This document shows positions 10,728 through 22,850 of a stretch of DNA of 38,117 nt, one piece after another (the first letter of the stretch is position 1; the number at the start of each line of letters is the position of its first letter). The notes below the pieces were generated by a model that saw nothing but the letters and a program-made list of their open reading frames with translations, had not been told where the DNA came from and did no database searches. The DNA is taken from the NCBI RefSeq assembly GCF_001194135.2, contig NC_068986.1, positions 106,126,518 to 106,164,634 on the forward strand, written 5' to 3'. Position numbers and translations under genes: made by a program. The stretch is from Octopus bimaculoides (lineage: Eukaryota).

Positions 10728-10928
10728 GCTTTCTAATTGATGTATCAATACCAACAGATGACAACGTTTCTCTAAAAGAAATGGAGAAACTTTCAAAATA
10801 CAAAGATATGGAAATAGAGGTAACTCTGATGTGGAGTCTAAAAACAGAAACAATTCCTATCCATTAAGTATGAGAAAAAAAAAATTCCGACAAATACATA
10901 ACAAAACCACCAGGACTAACAAATATAC
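10721..10928 (+). mobile_element. R4/Dong-like RLE fragment
   Basis: KCFLIDVSIPTDDNVSLKEMEKLSKYKDMEIEVTLMWSLKTETIPI then, after a frameshift, DKYITKPPGLTNI. Begins exactly at the end of the (AAT)n tract 10663-10724. Confidence 0.8.
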
Positions 10929-11211
10929 TGCTTGTATTGGTTGGAAGGCGCCTGACGACATTCCAGTTACAAGGCACCCGATCTTGGTTCATATTTTATC
11001 CAGGATTGTAGATCCGTCAAAGATAAGCAACAGAAACGCGTGCTTTTCATACATAAGCCACACTTGTTCACAGTCATGGGGCTTCAATCCGTGTCTGTAC
11101 GTTCCAGAGAGCACTAACGACAGATAGATCACTTGAGCAGTGAAGGCGTCCATTACGCAAGAAAAGATAAGCAAACGCACCAATTTGGTCAAATGGGAAT
11201 TGGAACATCAT

Positions 11212-11418
11212 AATCCTTTCTACTAAAAGCAACAGCCCTGAAATTTGGAGGAGGGGGATAGTCGATTACATCGACCCAGTTTTACACTGGTATTTAAATT
11301 ATCGACCCCGAAAGGATGAAAGGCAAAGTCTACCTCGGCGGAAATTGAACCCAGAACGTAAAGACGGACGAAATACTCTAAGCATTTTGCCCTGTGTGCT
11401 AACGATTCTGCCAGCTCG
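11212..11418 (-). mobile_element. SINE family B (tail variant ii)
   Basis: Minus strand: gagctggcagaatcgttagc...gttcaatttccgccgagg...ttcatcctttcggggtcgataa...cccctcctccaaatttcagggctgttgcttttagtagaaagga. Confidence 0.85.
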
Positions 11419-11644
11419 TTACATTGGACTGGGACATAATAATCATAATGATGTTTATATTTGCCGCAAGGGCGTTTGATGATGGTGACATTGCAAAAAC
11501 AGGTTACACATACTGTGTGTAAAGAGTAACATTAAATCAGGTGTGGTGGAAAAAGTAAAAATAAAAGCGAAAAGAATGAGATAATCTACATGCACCGAGT
11601 ACGCAGCAGTACGCAGCCTCCCCAAAAGGCTGAAGTGCATAGCC

Positions 11645-11760
11645 GTAGGCATGGGCATGTGGTTAAGAAGACCGCTTTGCAATATTTGGATCTAGGTTCA
11701 GTCCCACTACCCTTCTACAATAGCACCTGACGGACCAAAGTCTTGTGAATGCGCTCAGTA
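11645..11760 (+). mobile_element. SINE family A head, decayed
   Basis: gtaggcatgggcatgtggttaagaag...ggttcagtcccac...cttctacaatagc...gaccaaagtcttgtgaatg; matches the heads at 1123-1215 and 3223-3260. Confidence 0.6.
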
Positions 11761-11762
11761 GG

Positions 11763-11990
11763 TAGGGAGCTGGCAGAAACGTCAGCACGCCGGGCGAAAT
11801 GCTTAGCGGTATTTCGTCTGCCGTTACGTTCTGTGTTCAAATTCCAGCGAGGTCGACTTTGCTTTCATCCTTTCAGGGTCGATAAATTAAGTACCAGTTA
11901 CGCAGTGGGATCGATGTAAGCGACTTAATCCCTTTGTCTGTCCTTGTTTGTCCCCTCTATGTTTAGCCCCCTTGTGGGCAATAAAGAAAT
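11763..11990 (+). mobile_element. SINE family B (tail variant i)
   Basis: gagctggcagaaacgtcagcacgccgggcgaaatgcttagc...gttcaaattcc...ttcatcctttcagggtcgataaattaagtaccag...ccctttgtctgtccttgtttgtcccctctatgtttagccccc...aataaagaaat. Confidence 0.9.
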
Positions 11991-12052
11991 AATGAAACTG
12001 CCTGGAAGACTATCGTATACATAATACATACATACATACATACATGCATACA

Positions 12053-12085
<33 letters not shown>

Positions 12086-12430
12086 NNNNNNNNNNNNNNN
12101 NNNNNNNNNNNNNNNNNNNNNNNNNNNNNNNNNNNNNNNNNNNNNNNNNNNNNNNNNNNNNNNNNNNNNNNNNNNNNNNNNNNNNNNNNNNNNNNNNNNN
12201 NNNNNNNNNNNNNNNNNNNNNNNNNNNNNNNNNNNNNNNNNNNNNNNNNNNNNNNNNNNNNNNNNNNNNNNNNNNNNNNNNNNNNNNNNNNNNNNNNNNN
12301 NNNNNNNNNNNNNNNNNNNNNNNNNNNNNNNNNNNNNNNNNNNNNNNNNNNNNNNNNNNNNNNNNNNNNNNNNNNNNNNNNNNNNNNNNNNNNNNNNNNN
12401 NNNNNNNNNNNNNNNNNNNNNNNNNNNNNN

Positions 12431-12464
<34 letters not shown>

Positions 12465-12696
12465 CACACACACGTACACACACACATACACACATACACA
12501 TATATCTATGTATGTATTCGTCACTAATTGTGACCTTATGTGCTACAAGCATATCTTGCTAGAAATAGCTGTTAAACCATTTATAGCTTGAAAAAAAGCA
12601 CATTTATATATACTGACAGGGTAGATATCTTTCCCATGACCGAAGAACATTTTGTCTATACGGTTTATATTACACCCAGCTGTCCACATTAATTCT

Positions 12697-12728
<32 letters not shown>

Positions 12729-12730
12729 GC

Positions 12731-13307
12731 TTGAATACAGCAAAATCGATTTATTTCCATAATCGTCGATAATATGACGCCTACGGTCGTTTCAATATCC
12801 ACTTTGATTCATTTTAAAATCAATTATTGCACTATGAACCTAAAAAGTAGATATCTCTTCAGGGCAAAAATTGACATATTCTCTTTACATCCAAATAAGT
12901 TCTTTTAGATGAATGATATTATTTGACGTAAATTCTATGGGACAATACTAGCCACTATCCTTTAAATTTGGTTATTTTTAGAACTGAATTCCAAAGACAA
13001 ATTAACTGATGTACACAAGCTGACGCACACACGTACACACATACATAAAAAGGTACATAGGACAATTCAACTTCAATACTAACACACATTCACACACAAA
13101 AACCCATGCTGCTATATTAATCTATAATGAACACTCTATCTATTAGGATGTAAAGAACATATGTCGATTTTTGCCCTAAAGAGATATCTGCCTTTTAGGT
13201 TCATAATGCAATTATTAATTGTAAAATGAATGACGGTGGATATTGAAATGATTGAAGGCCTTATGTAATCGACAGTTATGTAAATAAATTGATTTTGCTG
13301 TATTAAA
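12731..13307. mobile_element. Foldback or long-TIR non-autonomous element (arms of about 170-185 bp)
   Basis: 12731-~12900 is the reverse complement of ~13140-13307 (about 80% by eye): tacagcaaaatcgatttatttccataa...catttcaatatccac...tatgaacctaaaa.g.agatatctctt.agggcaaaaat.gacatat...ctttacatcc. TA flanks the CAGCAAAATC termini on both sides. Confidence 0.7.
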
Positions 13308-13639
13308 ACTCTTCATTTTGTTTATATTATACTACTGTTATTATCTTCGCATATATCGAATCAGGTGAAAACTTCTAAACGAACTACTGGGACTCCATAA
13401 TGTGTACAGTACTAATGTCAAATAAATTATAATACTAACACAGAGAAATAAACTCCAGTAAATTCACAGATATATGGATAAACCAGCGGAAGTTTGAATG
13501 TAAGACATCCCTAGAAGGAGCATCTCTTTCTTTACAAAACCTCATATATAATGTTTAAAAATCAATTAAGGTTGTTCCTCATTTTTTCAGTCTGCGGAGA
13601 AATGGCTAAAATTTGCCCTGTTTATAATTATACCACATG

Positions 13640-13745
<106 letters not shown>

Positions 13746-14429
13746 CATAAAGAGTTATTGATGAGGGATTATCAAACTGTGTAAAATAATTTATGAGCTC
13801 TCTGTTAATACAAGAAGATGAACGATTGATTTTAGATTAGCAAATAACTCCTTGTATAATTATGGCAGGGTCTGTGGTTATAGTTCATCACTACTCTGTA
13901 TTGTAAACCCATAGTCACATTCCCGTTCAGACTAATCTTTTACACAGAGTGATATACAAGACAATGTGTAATTAATGATCATTATATATTCTTTTATTGT
14001 ATTAGATCTGACGTACAGCCGTTTCTGATAGTCATTAGAGGTTCGTTCATTGAGCGGTCGAAAGAAATTTGAACGACATGGTGTTCTGGTAGAAACCAAG
14101 CAGAACAATAATAAATGAATGGTAGAAGCACAGGAAGGGGAGCAAAGCGAGGCGTTAAGTATATGGTGAATGAATAAGAGATTGTGAGAAGAATGGAAGA
14201 CAAAATGGTAGAGAAAGAAAGAAAAGGAAGAACGAAAGGAAGAGAAGGGATAGAGGAGGGGAGGCACGGGGTGGAAGAATGAAAACAAAAAAGGGAAAAT
14301 GATGGCCAGTAATAAAACCATTAGTGGCGTTGGAGTGTGTAATTGGATAATCACACTCAAAAAAATTTACATTGTCTTCAGGTCAATTGACACACAGACA
14401 CACACACACGCCCACCCCACCTCAACTCA

Positions 14430-14503
14430 CACACGTATATATCCAATATGCATTTTATAACCCTCACACGTATATATCCAATATGCATTTTATAACCCTC
14501 ACA
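14430..14503. repeat. Perfect 35-bp tandem duplication
   Basis: cacacgtatatatccaatatgcattttataaccct at 14430-14464 and 14465-14499. Confidence 0.95.
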
Positions 14504-16934
14504 GAGCGAATCATAATCATTTCAGTTGTGGAAAAGAGAAGCTAAATCATTGTTACGTGCGTTTCAGTGAGCAAATGCCATTTATTTCTTGTAATATACA
14601 ATGTTGTGAAATTTCATACAGTAAATTCAGAGTTCATTCACTTCTTCAGACAATATAATCTGACTCACAATCAATTTATGAAGTAGACTCGCAAATGCGA
14701 CATGGGTTTTCATCGCTTCATGAGCGTGTTCAACAACCACGCAGCTTGACAAAATGCAAATGGTTATTATATCAACTCTTTAGTATATCATCTATCCTGA
14801 CGAGATTTAAGACAATTAATCAAAATAAAATTTGACCTTTTCTCTAAATCATGTTCATCTAAGCGACAACTTGGTATCTTTGATGTTATTTAATTAATTC
14901 CTAAGGCGGTTAGGATACATACAATGACAAAAAGAAAAGATAGACAAATAATTATTTACTTATCTTCATTAAAACATTGGCTGTTAGTTACTTGAATATA
15001 AGAGTAGAAATATGAGACAGAATATGTAAACTGTGTCAGACAACAAAGCAGGGAGAAAACTACAGTAAATGGATACAAAAGAAGAGATAGGAGTTTATAT
15101 ATATATANNNNNNNNNNNNNNNNNNNNNNNNNNNNNNNNNNNNNNNNNNNNNNNNNNNNNNNNNNNNNNNNNNNNNNNNNNNNNNNNNNNNNNNNNNNNN
15201 NNNNNNNNNNNNNNNNNNNNNNNNNNNNNNNNNNNNNNNNNNNNNNNNNNNNNNNNNNNNNNNNNNNNNNNNNNNNNNNNNNNNNNNNNNNNNNNNNNNN
15301 NNNNNNNNNNNNNNNNNNNNNNNNNNNNNNNNNNNNNNNNNNNNNNNNNNNNNNNNNNNNNNNNNNNNNNNNNNNNNNNNNNNNNNNNNNNNNNNNNNNN
15401 NNNNNNNNNNNNNNNNNNNNNNNNNNNNNNNNNNNNNNNNNNNNNNNNNNNNNNNNNNNNNNNNNNNNNNNNNNNNNNNNNNNNNNNNNNNNNNNNNNNN
15501 NNNNNNNNNNNNNNNNNNNNNNNNNNNNNNNNNNNNNNNNNNNNNNNNNNNNNNNNNNNNNNNNNNNNNNNNNNNNNNNNNNNNNNNNNNNNNNNNNNNN
15601 NNNNNNNNNNNNNNNNNNNNNNNNNNNNNNNNNNNNNNNNNNNNNNNNNNNNNNNNNNNNNNNNNNNNNNNNNNNNNNNNNNNNNNNNNNNNNNNNNNNA
15701 TATATACATATATATGAGTGTGTGTGTAAACGAAAATGTGTGCAAGTTTCTACAGACATTACGTAATTTATGCTATTATGACAAAAAAGAAGTGAGTTTA
15801 CTAATAGTTTTCATTTTGCTTTTTGAAATACTTTTGAACAACACGTAGTTAATTAAAGAGTATTTCATATAATAAGCGGGTTGGTAAGCAGAATTCGAAA
15901 TATTTTTAGAACTTCAATGGTTTACAAGAAAAATCTTTGCACAATTCCAAAGATATTCTCCCGATAAAATTACAATATATTCAGCCTATTGGTAAAATAA
16001 AGTTCCGTAGAATAAACTTGGTTTGGTGATGACATTTCGAAATTAGCTGATTCATAATACGCGGAATTCAGCAAATTGAAAGAGATGACCGTATGAAGAA
16101 TGTTTTACATATAAATAAACAGCACAGTTCTTTTGATTCCAAATATGGCTTGGCAAATTCTACCAGTGAATACAGAAGCTGTAGCTATCCTGTCTCTTTA
16201 AAAAAAAAATTCAGACGTATTGTATGAAGACCGTATCATCTAATAAATCATTCGGCGTTTCAAAAACAGTTGGCTATGATTTGGGATAGATTTGGCTGTT
16301 ATTTCAAGCAGAATGAGCGAGCACGTAGAAACTCTACTTTTTGTTTTATGAAAAACGCAGTATTTTAGACATTTTTCTCTATTATTTTATCTTACAGAGG
16401 CCGACCTACGTATATTTAAGCTGAACATCGATTTTACAAATCTGAGATGACCTGTTAATGTCATGTGTACTACTCTTCGTCACTGACTATATTAATTTAA
16501 GTATCACAGAGGAGTGCAAATTATGGCTGAAAGCGGAAGCAGCATTGGCTCACAGTGCCGAATAATTATCTGTTATTTACCGGAGTTATTCAGGGAAACA
16601 ATTCGTCTCTCTTTTCTTTAGCCCCGTGGAAACAAGAGTAAATTATTCGCGCTAGGGATCTTTGCAATTTAAAAAAAACAAAAAACAAACAAACATGGCT
16701 TAGAACATGTGTTGAAGAGAAAGGAATGGATAGCGATCGGTTAACAGCCCTGATGGCAGAATATGATTAAAGGGATTAAGTAATCAACCTCAAAGCAGAT
16801 CAGTGGCGATTAATTGTTGATTTTAATCACCCTCATTTCAAACTTTGTGTAATGTTCTGATGTGCACATTGTTCTGACTTACCGGATTTGGAGGAAATAG
16901 CAAAGCCCGTAAAATTGGCAAATCTTCCTTAGAC

Positions 16935-18720
16935 AATAAGATCGATGCAATTACTTGCTTGGAGGCAGTTTAGGGTGTCTGAGTCTGCAAACAGCAGCAG
17001 TGGTTGTGTTCCAGATGTAGGAGCATTAAAGACGGTGAGCTGGCAGAGACGTTAGCACGCCGGGCGAAATGCTTAGCAGTATTTCGTCTGTCTTTACGTG
17101 TTCTGAGTTCAAATTCTGCCAAGGTCAACTTTGCTTTTCATCCTTTCGGGGTTGATAAATTAAGTACCAGTTACGCGCTGGGGTCGATCTAAGTGACTGG
17201 TACCCTCCTCCAAAATTTCGGGCCTTGTGCCTAGAGTATAAAAGATGTGAGAGCATTACAGCATTGTGGGAATCAATAATTATTGCGGCTGAAGAATGTT
17301 CTGGTCTTTTAGGGAACTGCCAGTCATGCAATGCAGTCCCAGTAATTGGTTTTTGTTTGCTGATTGTAAACACAACAATTGGTGTGATTTCGTGAGGTCT
17401 AGCTGAGTACTATCCCTGAATAAGGGGGACGTAGTGTGATGAAGTGTTCACTATATGAACAACCTCTGTGTTTTCTTGCCGTTGAAAGGGACATAATTGG
17501 CTTTCGAGGTCTCTATTGATAAACTCACTGTGTGTTTGTCGTCTGGTATTTAAGTTGAGAGTGGATATTGTATGTTTGGGAAATGCAAGAGAGGAATGAA
17601 GTGCTGTGTCATCAGCGTAAGAGCAGATGTTGTTTAATGTGGCGGAAAGTAAATCATTGATGAAAAGAATGGGGCGGGGGATTAGAACAGAAGCCTTGAA
17701 ACGCTGGAGTCGCCGTAATGCGAGACAGAAAGAGCTCTAAATTAGAAAATTATTATTTTTAAATCTCAGAAGGAGAGATATTCAGCAACAGTATTTTGGA
17801 GTAAAGATTATTTGCCAACATAACATGGCAGTCCTGGTTTAGGACTAATTTTGCTGTAATTTAGCCCCAGGAAACATCGTCTCTAGCTGGCTATACGACA
17901 TGACTTGTGTCCTTATATTTTCGAACAAAGGAATCTAGCACCCCAACTCAGCTCAAAACAATATCTGTGTATCACGATTTCCGGGTTATTTCACTTTGTC
18001 ACTGATGTAATTTTGGCAAATAATCTTTACTCCAGAAAGAGCTTTGTCAATACATACATTAGTAGAAGTGTGATGTGATAGCAGTTATTGATTCATGAGG
18101 TGAGATACGAGTGTAGCCTATAAACACGATATTTCGATATAAAATTCATATACCAAGTATACTCGGAAACTTTTCTGATATTAAGGGCAACGTTTCTTTC
18201 TCCAAACTCCTCCAAATCAAGAATCAACATATTGGTGATAGAGGACAGTAGGTCACCAGTGGATCTGGATTTAGGAAAACCATACTGGTACCATTAAAAG
18301 TAGAGAGCTGCAATGTGCTGGAGGGCATTGTTGCAAATGAATGTCTCCTTATCTTAGAGATATTGAAAAATGCTTGCAATAGAGCAACAGACGGGGGGGG
18401 GGGGTTAGATATGGTACTTTTCTCGTGGAGGGGACACACTATTTAGGAGTTCGATGATTATAGGGACTAGATCTGGGGTACAGCCAGAACCTGTAGCATT
18501 GTTGGTTTAAAGTGGACTGAGGTACTTTATAGCTTGGCTTGTATGTATAAAGGGTGGTGAAGCTAAAATAGTAGAAAGGGATAGATTTGAGAGAGTTTTG
18601 CCAGGGTGTGCAGTGTGGATTTGGATGCAACCCCACCACCATAAAAAAAAACCATAGAAGTTCTCTGTGGGAATACTTCTCACAGTTTGATAGCAAAGAT
18701 GTAATCTTATTCAAAGGGTA
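16935..18720 (-). mobile_element. Decayed CR1/L2-group (APE-type) LINE reverse transcriptase region, interrupted by a SINE and a ~300-bp unclassified insert
   Basis: Minus-strand motifs in the expected order: ASKSTL, TNNATGSG (domain 0), SVALLQAFF (NYRPIAL-like), QYGFPKSRSTGDLLS...ALNIRKV (QYGFR..RST..ALDISKAFD), ASVL...LFINDLLSATLNNICSYADDT (YADD), then SYIWN. Many stops and frameshifts. Confidence 0.8.
17029..17242 (+). mobile_element. SINE family B (tail variant ii) with 16-bp TSD
   Basis: Full family B head and core. Flanked by agatgtaggagcatta (17013-17028) and agatgtgagagcatta (17243-17258), 14/16 identical. Confidence 0.9.
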
Positions 18721-18845
18721 CTTTGCTCACAGATACCATCAGCGAATATGGAAGCTTTCTAAACGATGTATAACTATTATCTACTTCCTTCATACATCAG
18801 AAAAATATTCAGCATCATCCATGTTTGACTATATCTATATCCATA

Positions 18846-18935
18846 CGTATGTATGTATGTATGTATGTATGTATGTATGTATGTATGTATGTATGTATGT
18901 GTGTGTGTATGTATGTATGTATGTACGTATGTATG
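18846..18935. repeat. (ATGT)n microsatellite
   Basis: Direct reading. Confidence 0.95.
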
Positions 18936-19039
18936 TCATTATTCAGTTTATTTTGAGATTTCTTTCTAATAGAGAAAGAACCGGTTTCTAACCTCGATCC
19001 AAGGCTCCTTCATTTGAATTTCAACACCAACAACAGGGT

Positions 19040-20110
19040 AACTCCCTTCTTCGCGGTTGCTTCTTCTACTGGGATAATGTTATTGGTTTCACAATGGTCC
19101 TGGAGGAAGAGGTTTAAACATGCTGTATATATTTTATACATTAAATTCTGGTATGCAATTGGCCGGTAGTTTTTTGCCATGTGGGTGGTTCTGCATTTGA
19201 GGTTCAAATTTGTCTCACTCAGAGCTAACCAGTGTGGTATGCTACAGTTCCCAATAAAAGCTTGCTGGTACAGATTGATAAAATACGTTAGCGTCTTGTA
19301 CCAATCAAATCTCTTCCAGGTGTTTTTCCATCCTGGGGTTTCTGGATCACAGTTACAAGAGTTTCACCATCAATGTTGTATATCTTGGATGTAACCCAGG
19401 AGCAATAACTTTTTGGGAATTCTTCCAGACACAGAGCGTCTTGGTTCCTGAAGGAGCTTCCGAGATATTTACTGCCCCTCCTCTCATATCTCTGTATACT
19501 GCTGCCTGGTTGCAGTTAAATTTTTTGTTTATTGTTCTTTTCTCAGTTACTCTCTTCTGACGTCGGAGTTTTTTTTTTTACTTTTTCTTTGTTATTGTGG
19601 TTTCGTTTACATTTTGAATATCATTCATCTGCTGTTTTACAGTAGTAGCCACATCATATAGACAGGCGTTAATCTGCCAGTATGTGGGTTCATCACACTG
19701 TTGTAAATACTCAACACCAATTTCGCTAACAGCTTTTAATACCGTATCTGGTGTTTTTTTTTTTACTTACTTTGGTAGAGAATACTCTCTCCTCGAGAGA
19801 GTCCTTCAAAGCCAAAGTTATTTTTCCTCGGAAAATTTCAGTAAGAGCACATTTCATTGGCATGTAACCCTAAATACTACTATTGCTACAACAATCGTTA
19901 CGCTTATGGTTGCTGTTTACCAAAGTCGTAGCAGGGGGACAGTGGTCAGTTACTTGAGCCAGTAATGTAGTTTGGCTGGCAGGCACTATGGAATCTGTCG
20001 AAATGTCGCTAGCTGCGAAACCACGCGTTGGTCTTATATCATTTACGTGTTCGTTTTTGTTTATTGAGTTGGGAAGAAGGTTAATTTTCGATTTCTTAAA
20101 GTTACAGTTA
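19040..20110 (-). mobile_element. R4/Dong-like element: N-terminal region and start of RT, 3'-truncated and decayed
   Basis: Minus strand: LEERVFSTKV..PDTVLKAVSEIGVEYLQQCDEPTYWQINACLYDVA, NKKFNCNQAAVYRDM, WKTPG..WYKTL..IPHWL, KNYRPIAYQNLMYKIYTACLNLFLQDHCETNNII (RT domains 0-2). Confidence 0.8.
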
Positions 20111-21777
20111 CTAACCTTCTGTCACACACACACACACACTCACACACACACACACACTCACACACACACACACACACATATGAATGAGAAAAGATGAAAA
20201 TGGAGAAATTGACGCGTAGACATCAGTTTATTCACAGATATTCAAAACAATATAATATGAAATTCTTATCCCTACAGCCGTTTCCACGTCCAACGGTTTG
20301 CTTTAAATTCAATTAAGTACGTTTCCCATGAATATGTAGTGGATATTTTATCATATGATTAGAGGTAAAACGTTTTGACTTTATAGTAGTTGTAGCTTGA
20401 GTAATTTTAGTTTTATATAAAAATAGTTTATCAATTGTATTTGGTAACGTTTAAGCCTTCCTTTGTTTACATAGTTGTACTGACCACAAATATTACGCAT
20501 AGATATGGATGACGCAATACAATATGATAATTAATTAACTAGTAGTTTTTGGTACGTCTTATTTTTTCATGGCTTCCATATAAATTAACGAACGCACGCA
20601 CAATTACATGATGAATGTTACCATTCTATCTCCATCACTCTCTCTCTCTCTCTACCCCCCTCTCACTTTCAATCTTTCTCTCTCTCTCTAACACCTATTT
20701 CACCCCCAGCATCAGCACCACCACCGATAACAACTACTGTGTATTACAAATGCACGCGCACAACTATATCATACATATTTTTTTTATATGTAAATATATA
20801 CTCATAACAGTTTTTTTAAATACATACATTACCAAAACACACACATCTGAGTCTGTCAAGGATTGACCAACACGTTGGAATGTAACTGGAGATTCTTCCT
20901 TGATGAAATACGCAATTAACCAGTTTCAATATGAACATTTTTAATTAATTGAATTTAATTCTCTGATTGAATTAATTGGGCATGAAAACGGCTGTATTGT
21001 GTTGAATAACTTTAATTAAACTGATGTCTATACGTCAATTTCACCGTTTTCTTCATTTTAGTCAGTCATAAATATTTTAAATACCAATATGCACCAAGCA
21101 AAACTAACGTATTTAGTTTTTCACTGAACACTGATATAGACCAGAGAACTAGGATGCAAACATCTCTTAAATGATTATAGGTTCTTGGTATGATTATATA
21201 TATATNNNNNNNNNNNNNNNNNNNNNNNNNNNNNNNNNNNNNNNNNNNNNNNNNNNNNNNNNNNNNNNNNNNNNNNNNNNNNNNNNNNNNNNNNNNNNNN
21301 NNNNNNNNNNNNNNNNNNNNNNNNNNNNNNNNNNNNNNNNNNNNNNNNNNNNNNNNNNNNNNNNNNNNNNNNNNNNNNNNNNNNNNNNNNNNNNNNNNNN
21401 NNNNNNNNNNNNNNNNNNNNNNNNNNNNNNNNNNNNNNNNNNNNNNNNNNNNNNNNNNNNNNNNNNNNNNNNNNNNNNNNNNNNNNNNNNNNNNNNNNNN
21501 NNNNNNNNNNNNNNNNNNNNNNNNNNNNNNNNNNNNNNNNNNNNNNNNNNNNNNNNNNNNNNNNNNNNNNNNNNNNNNNNNNNNNNNNNNNNNNNNNNNN
21601 NNNNNNNNNNNNNNNNNNNNNNNNNNNNNNNNNNNNNNNNNNNNNNNNNNNNNNNNNNNNNNNNNNNNNNNNNNNNNNNNNNNNNNNNNNNNNNNNNNNN
21701 NNNNNNNNNNNNNNNNNNNNNNNNNNNNNNNNNNNNNNNNNNNNNNNNNNNNNNNNNNNNNNNNNNNNNNNNNNNNN

Positions 21778-21818
<41 letters not shown>

Positions 21819-22254
21819 ATGAACCCAGTGGAGTTAACGGTTGTTCATTAGTGTGTTCATATACACGGTAAAAGAATATGTGCATATGATTCATAGCATG
21901 TTAGGTATTCAATTTACACCAGGTATGAAAGAAATATGTAACCATCGTTTTCATGCATCGGACTTGACGGCGAGAAGATATTGAAAGGAAACTCACGAAG
22001 GCGATGCGCAGGGCTGGAAGACATGACATGATATGAAGCAAACTGCTGCTGTAAGGTTTCATGGCCTGAGCCAAACATCAAGCGAGATTGGTACTTCGAT
22101 ATCAAGGTATCTTTTTAGCCGTTTTGGTAATTTCTGTATTCTATAAGATTTGTTACTGGACATTTTGTTTAAGAACAAGAGATAATAATACCTTAATAGT
22201 AATATCTTAACTGACTTGCAGAACTAATACATAATTTATGAGATTTAACTCAAT

Positions 22255-22451
22255 TTGCGTGGGTGTATGTATGCATGTGTATACACACACACACACACAC
22301 ACACGCACATATATATATATGCGTCGTGTACATGTGTGTGTATATGGGTATGTGTATATGCATGTAAACGTAGATATAGATATATAGATATAAATATATG
22401 CATATATGTAGACTTCCATACACACAAACATATATACATATATACGTGTAA

Positions 22452-22522
<71 letters not shown>

Positions 22523-22777
22523 TGCGTCTGTGAATATGTGTGTATGTGCGTACTTGTATGTGCATCTACACGTAGATATTGATATAGAGATATACATATA
22601 TATATATATATTTATATATGTATGTATGTATGTATATACAGATACACGCATACATACACACATCCAATTAAATACTGCCACACACACGCATTGAGCGACA
22701 CACATGCACTCATTAGCATACAGAGATTTGATATTTTTATATATGTTTATACGTATGTGTATGTGTANNNNNNNNNN

Positions 22778-22819
<42 letters not shown>

Positions 22820-22850
22820 CATGCACACACACACACTGTATCAGTGTGTA
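22255..22850. repeat. Low-complexity TA/CA/ATGT block with imperfect internal duplication
   Basis: The acgtagatat..atatagatat motif recurs at about 22367 and 22570. Confidence 0.75.

Noticed and set aside
10989-11192. Minus-strand 67-aa ORF with HDCEQVWLMYEKHAF, faintly like the ADP-ribosyl cyclase/CD38 DC..VW..F..AF motif
   Set aside because: Spacing is off by one residue, the following KxPC motif is absent, it has no credible donor site and it lies between repeat fragments.
16500-16860. Non-repetitive stretch with several TAAT/ATTA and tgatt motifs as a possible enhancer
   Set aside because: Such motifs are expected by chance in AT-rich DNA and cannot be supported without conservation or chromatin data.
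18290-18760. Plus-strand reading resembling an APE endonuclease (NRATDGGGG, KDVILFKGYFAH)
   Set aside because: The minus strand gives a much better, ordered set of RT motifs (QYGF..RSTGDLL, ALNI) collinear with the YADD at about 17620.
22059-22223. Minus-strand peptide ...RIQKLPKRLKRYLD... resembling a SOCS-box C-terminus
   Set aside because: It lacks the LxxLCR start and LPLP motif, has an upstream in-frame stop and has no convincing exon context.
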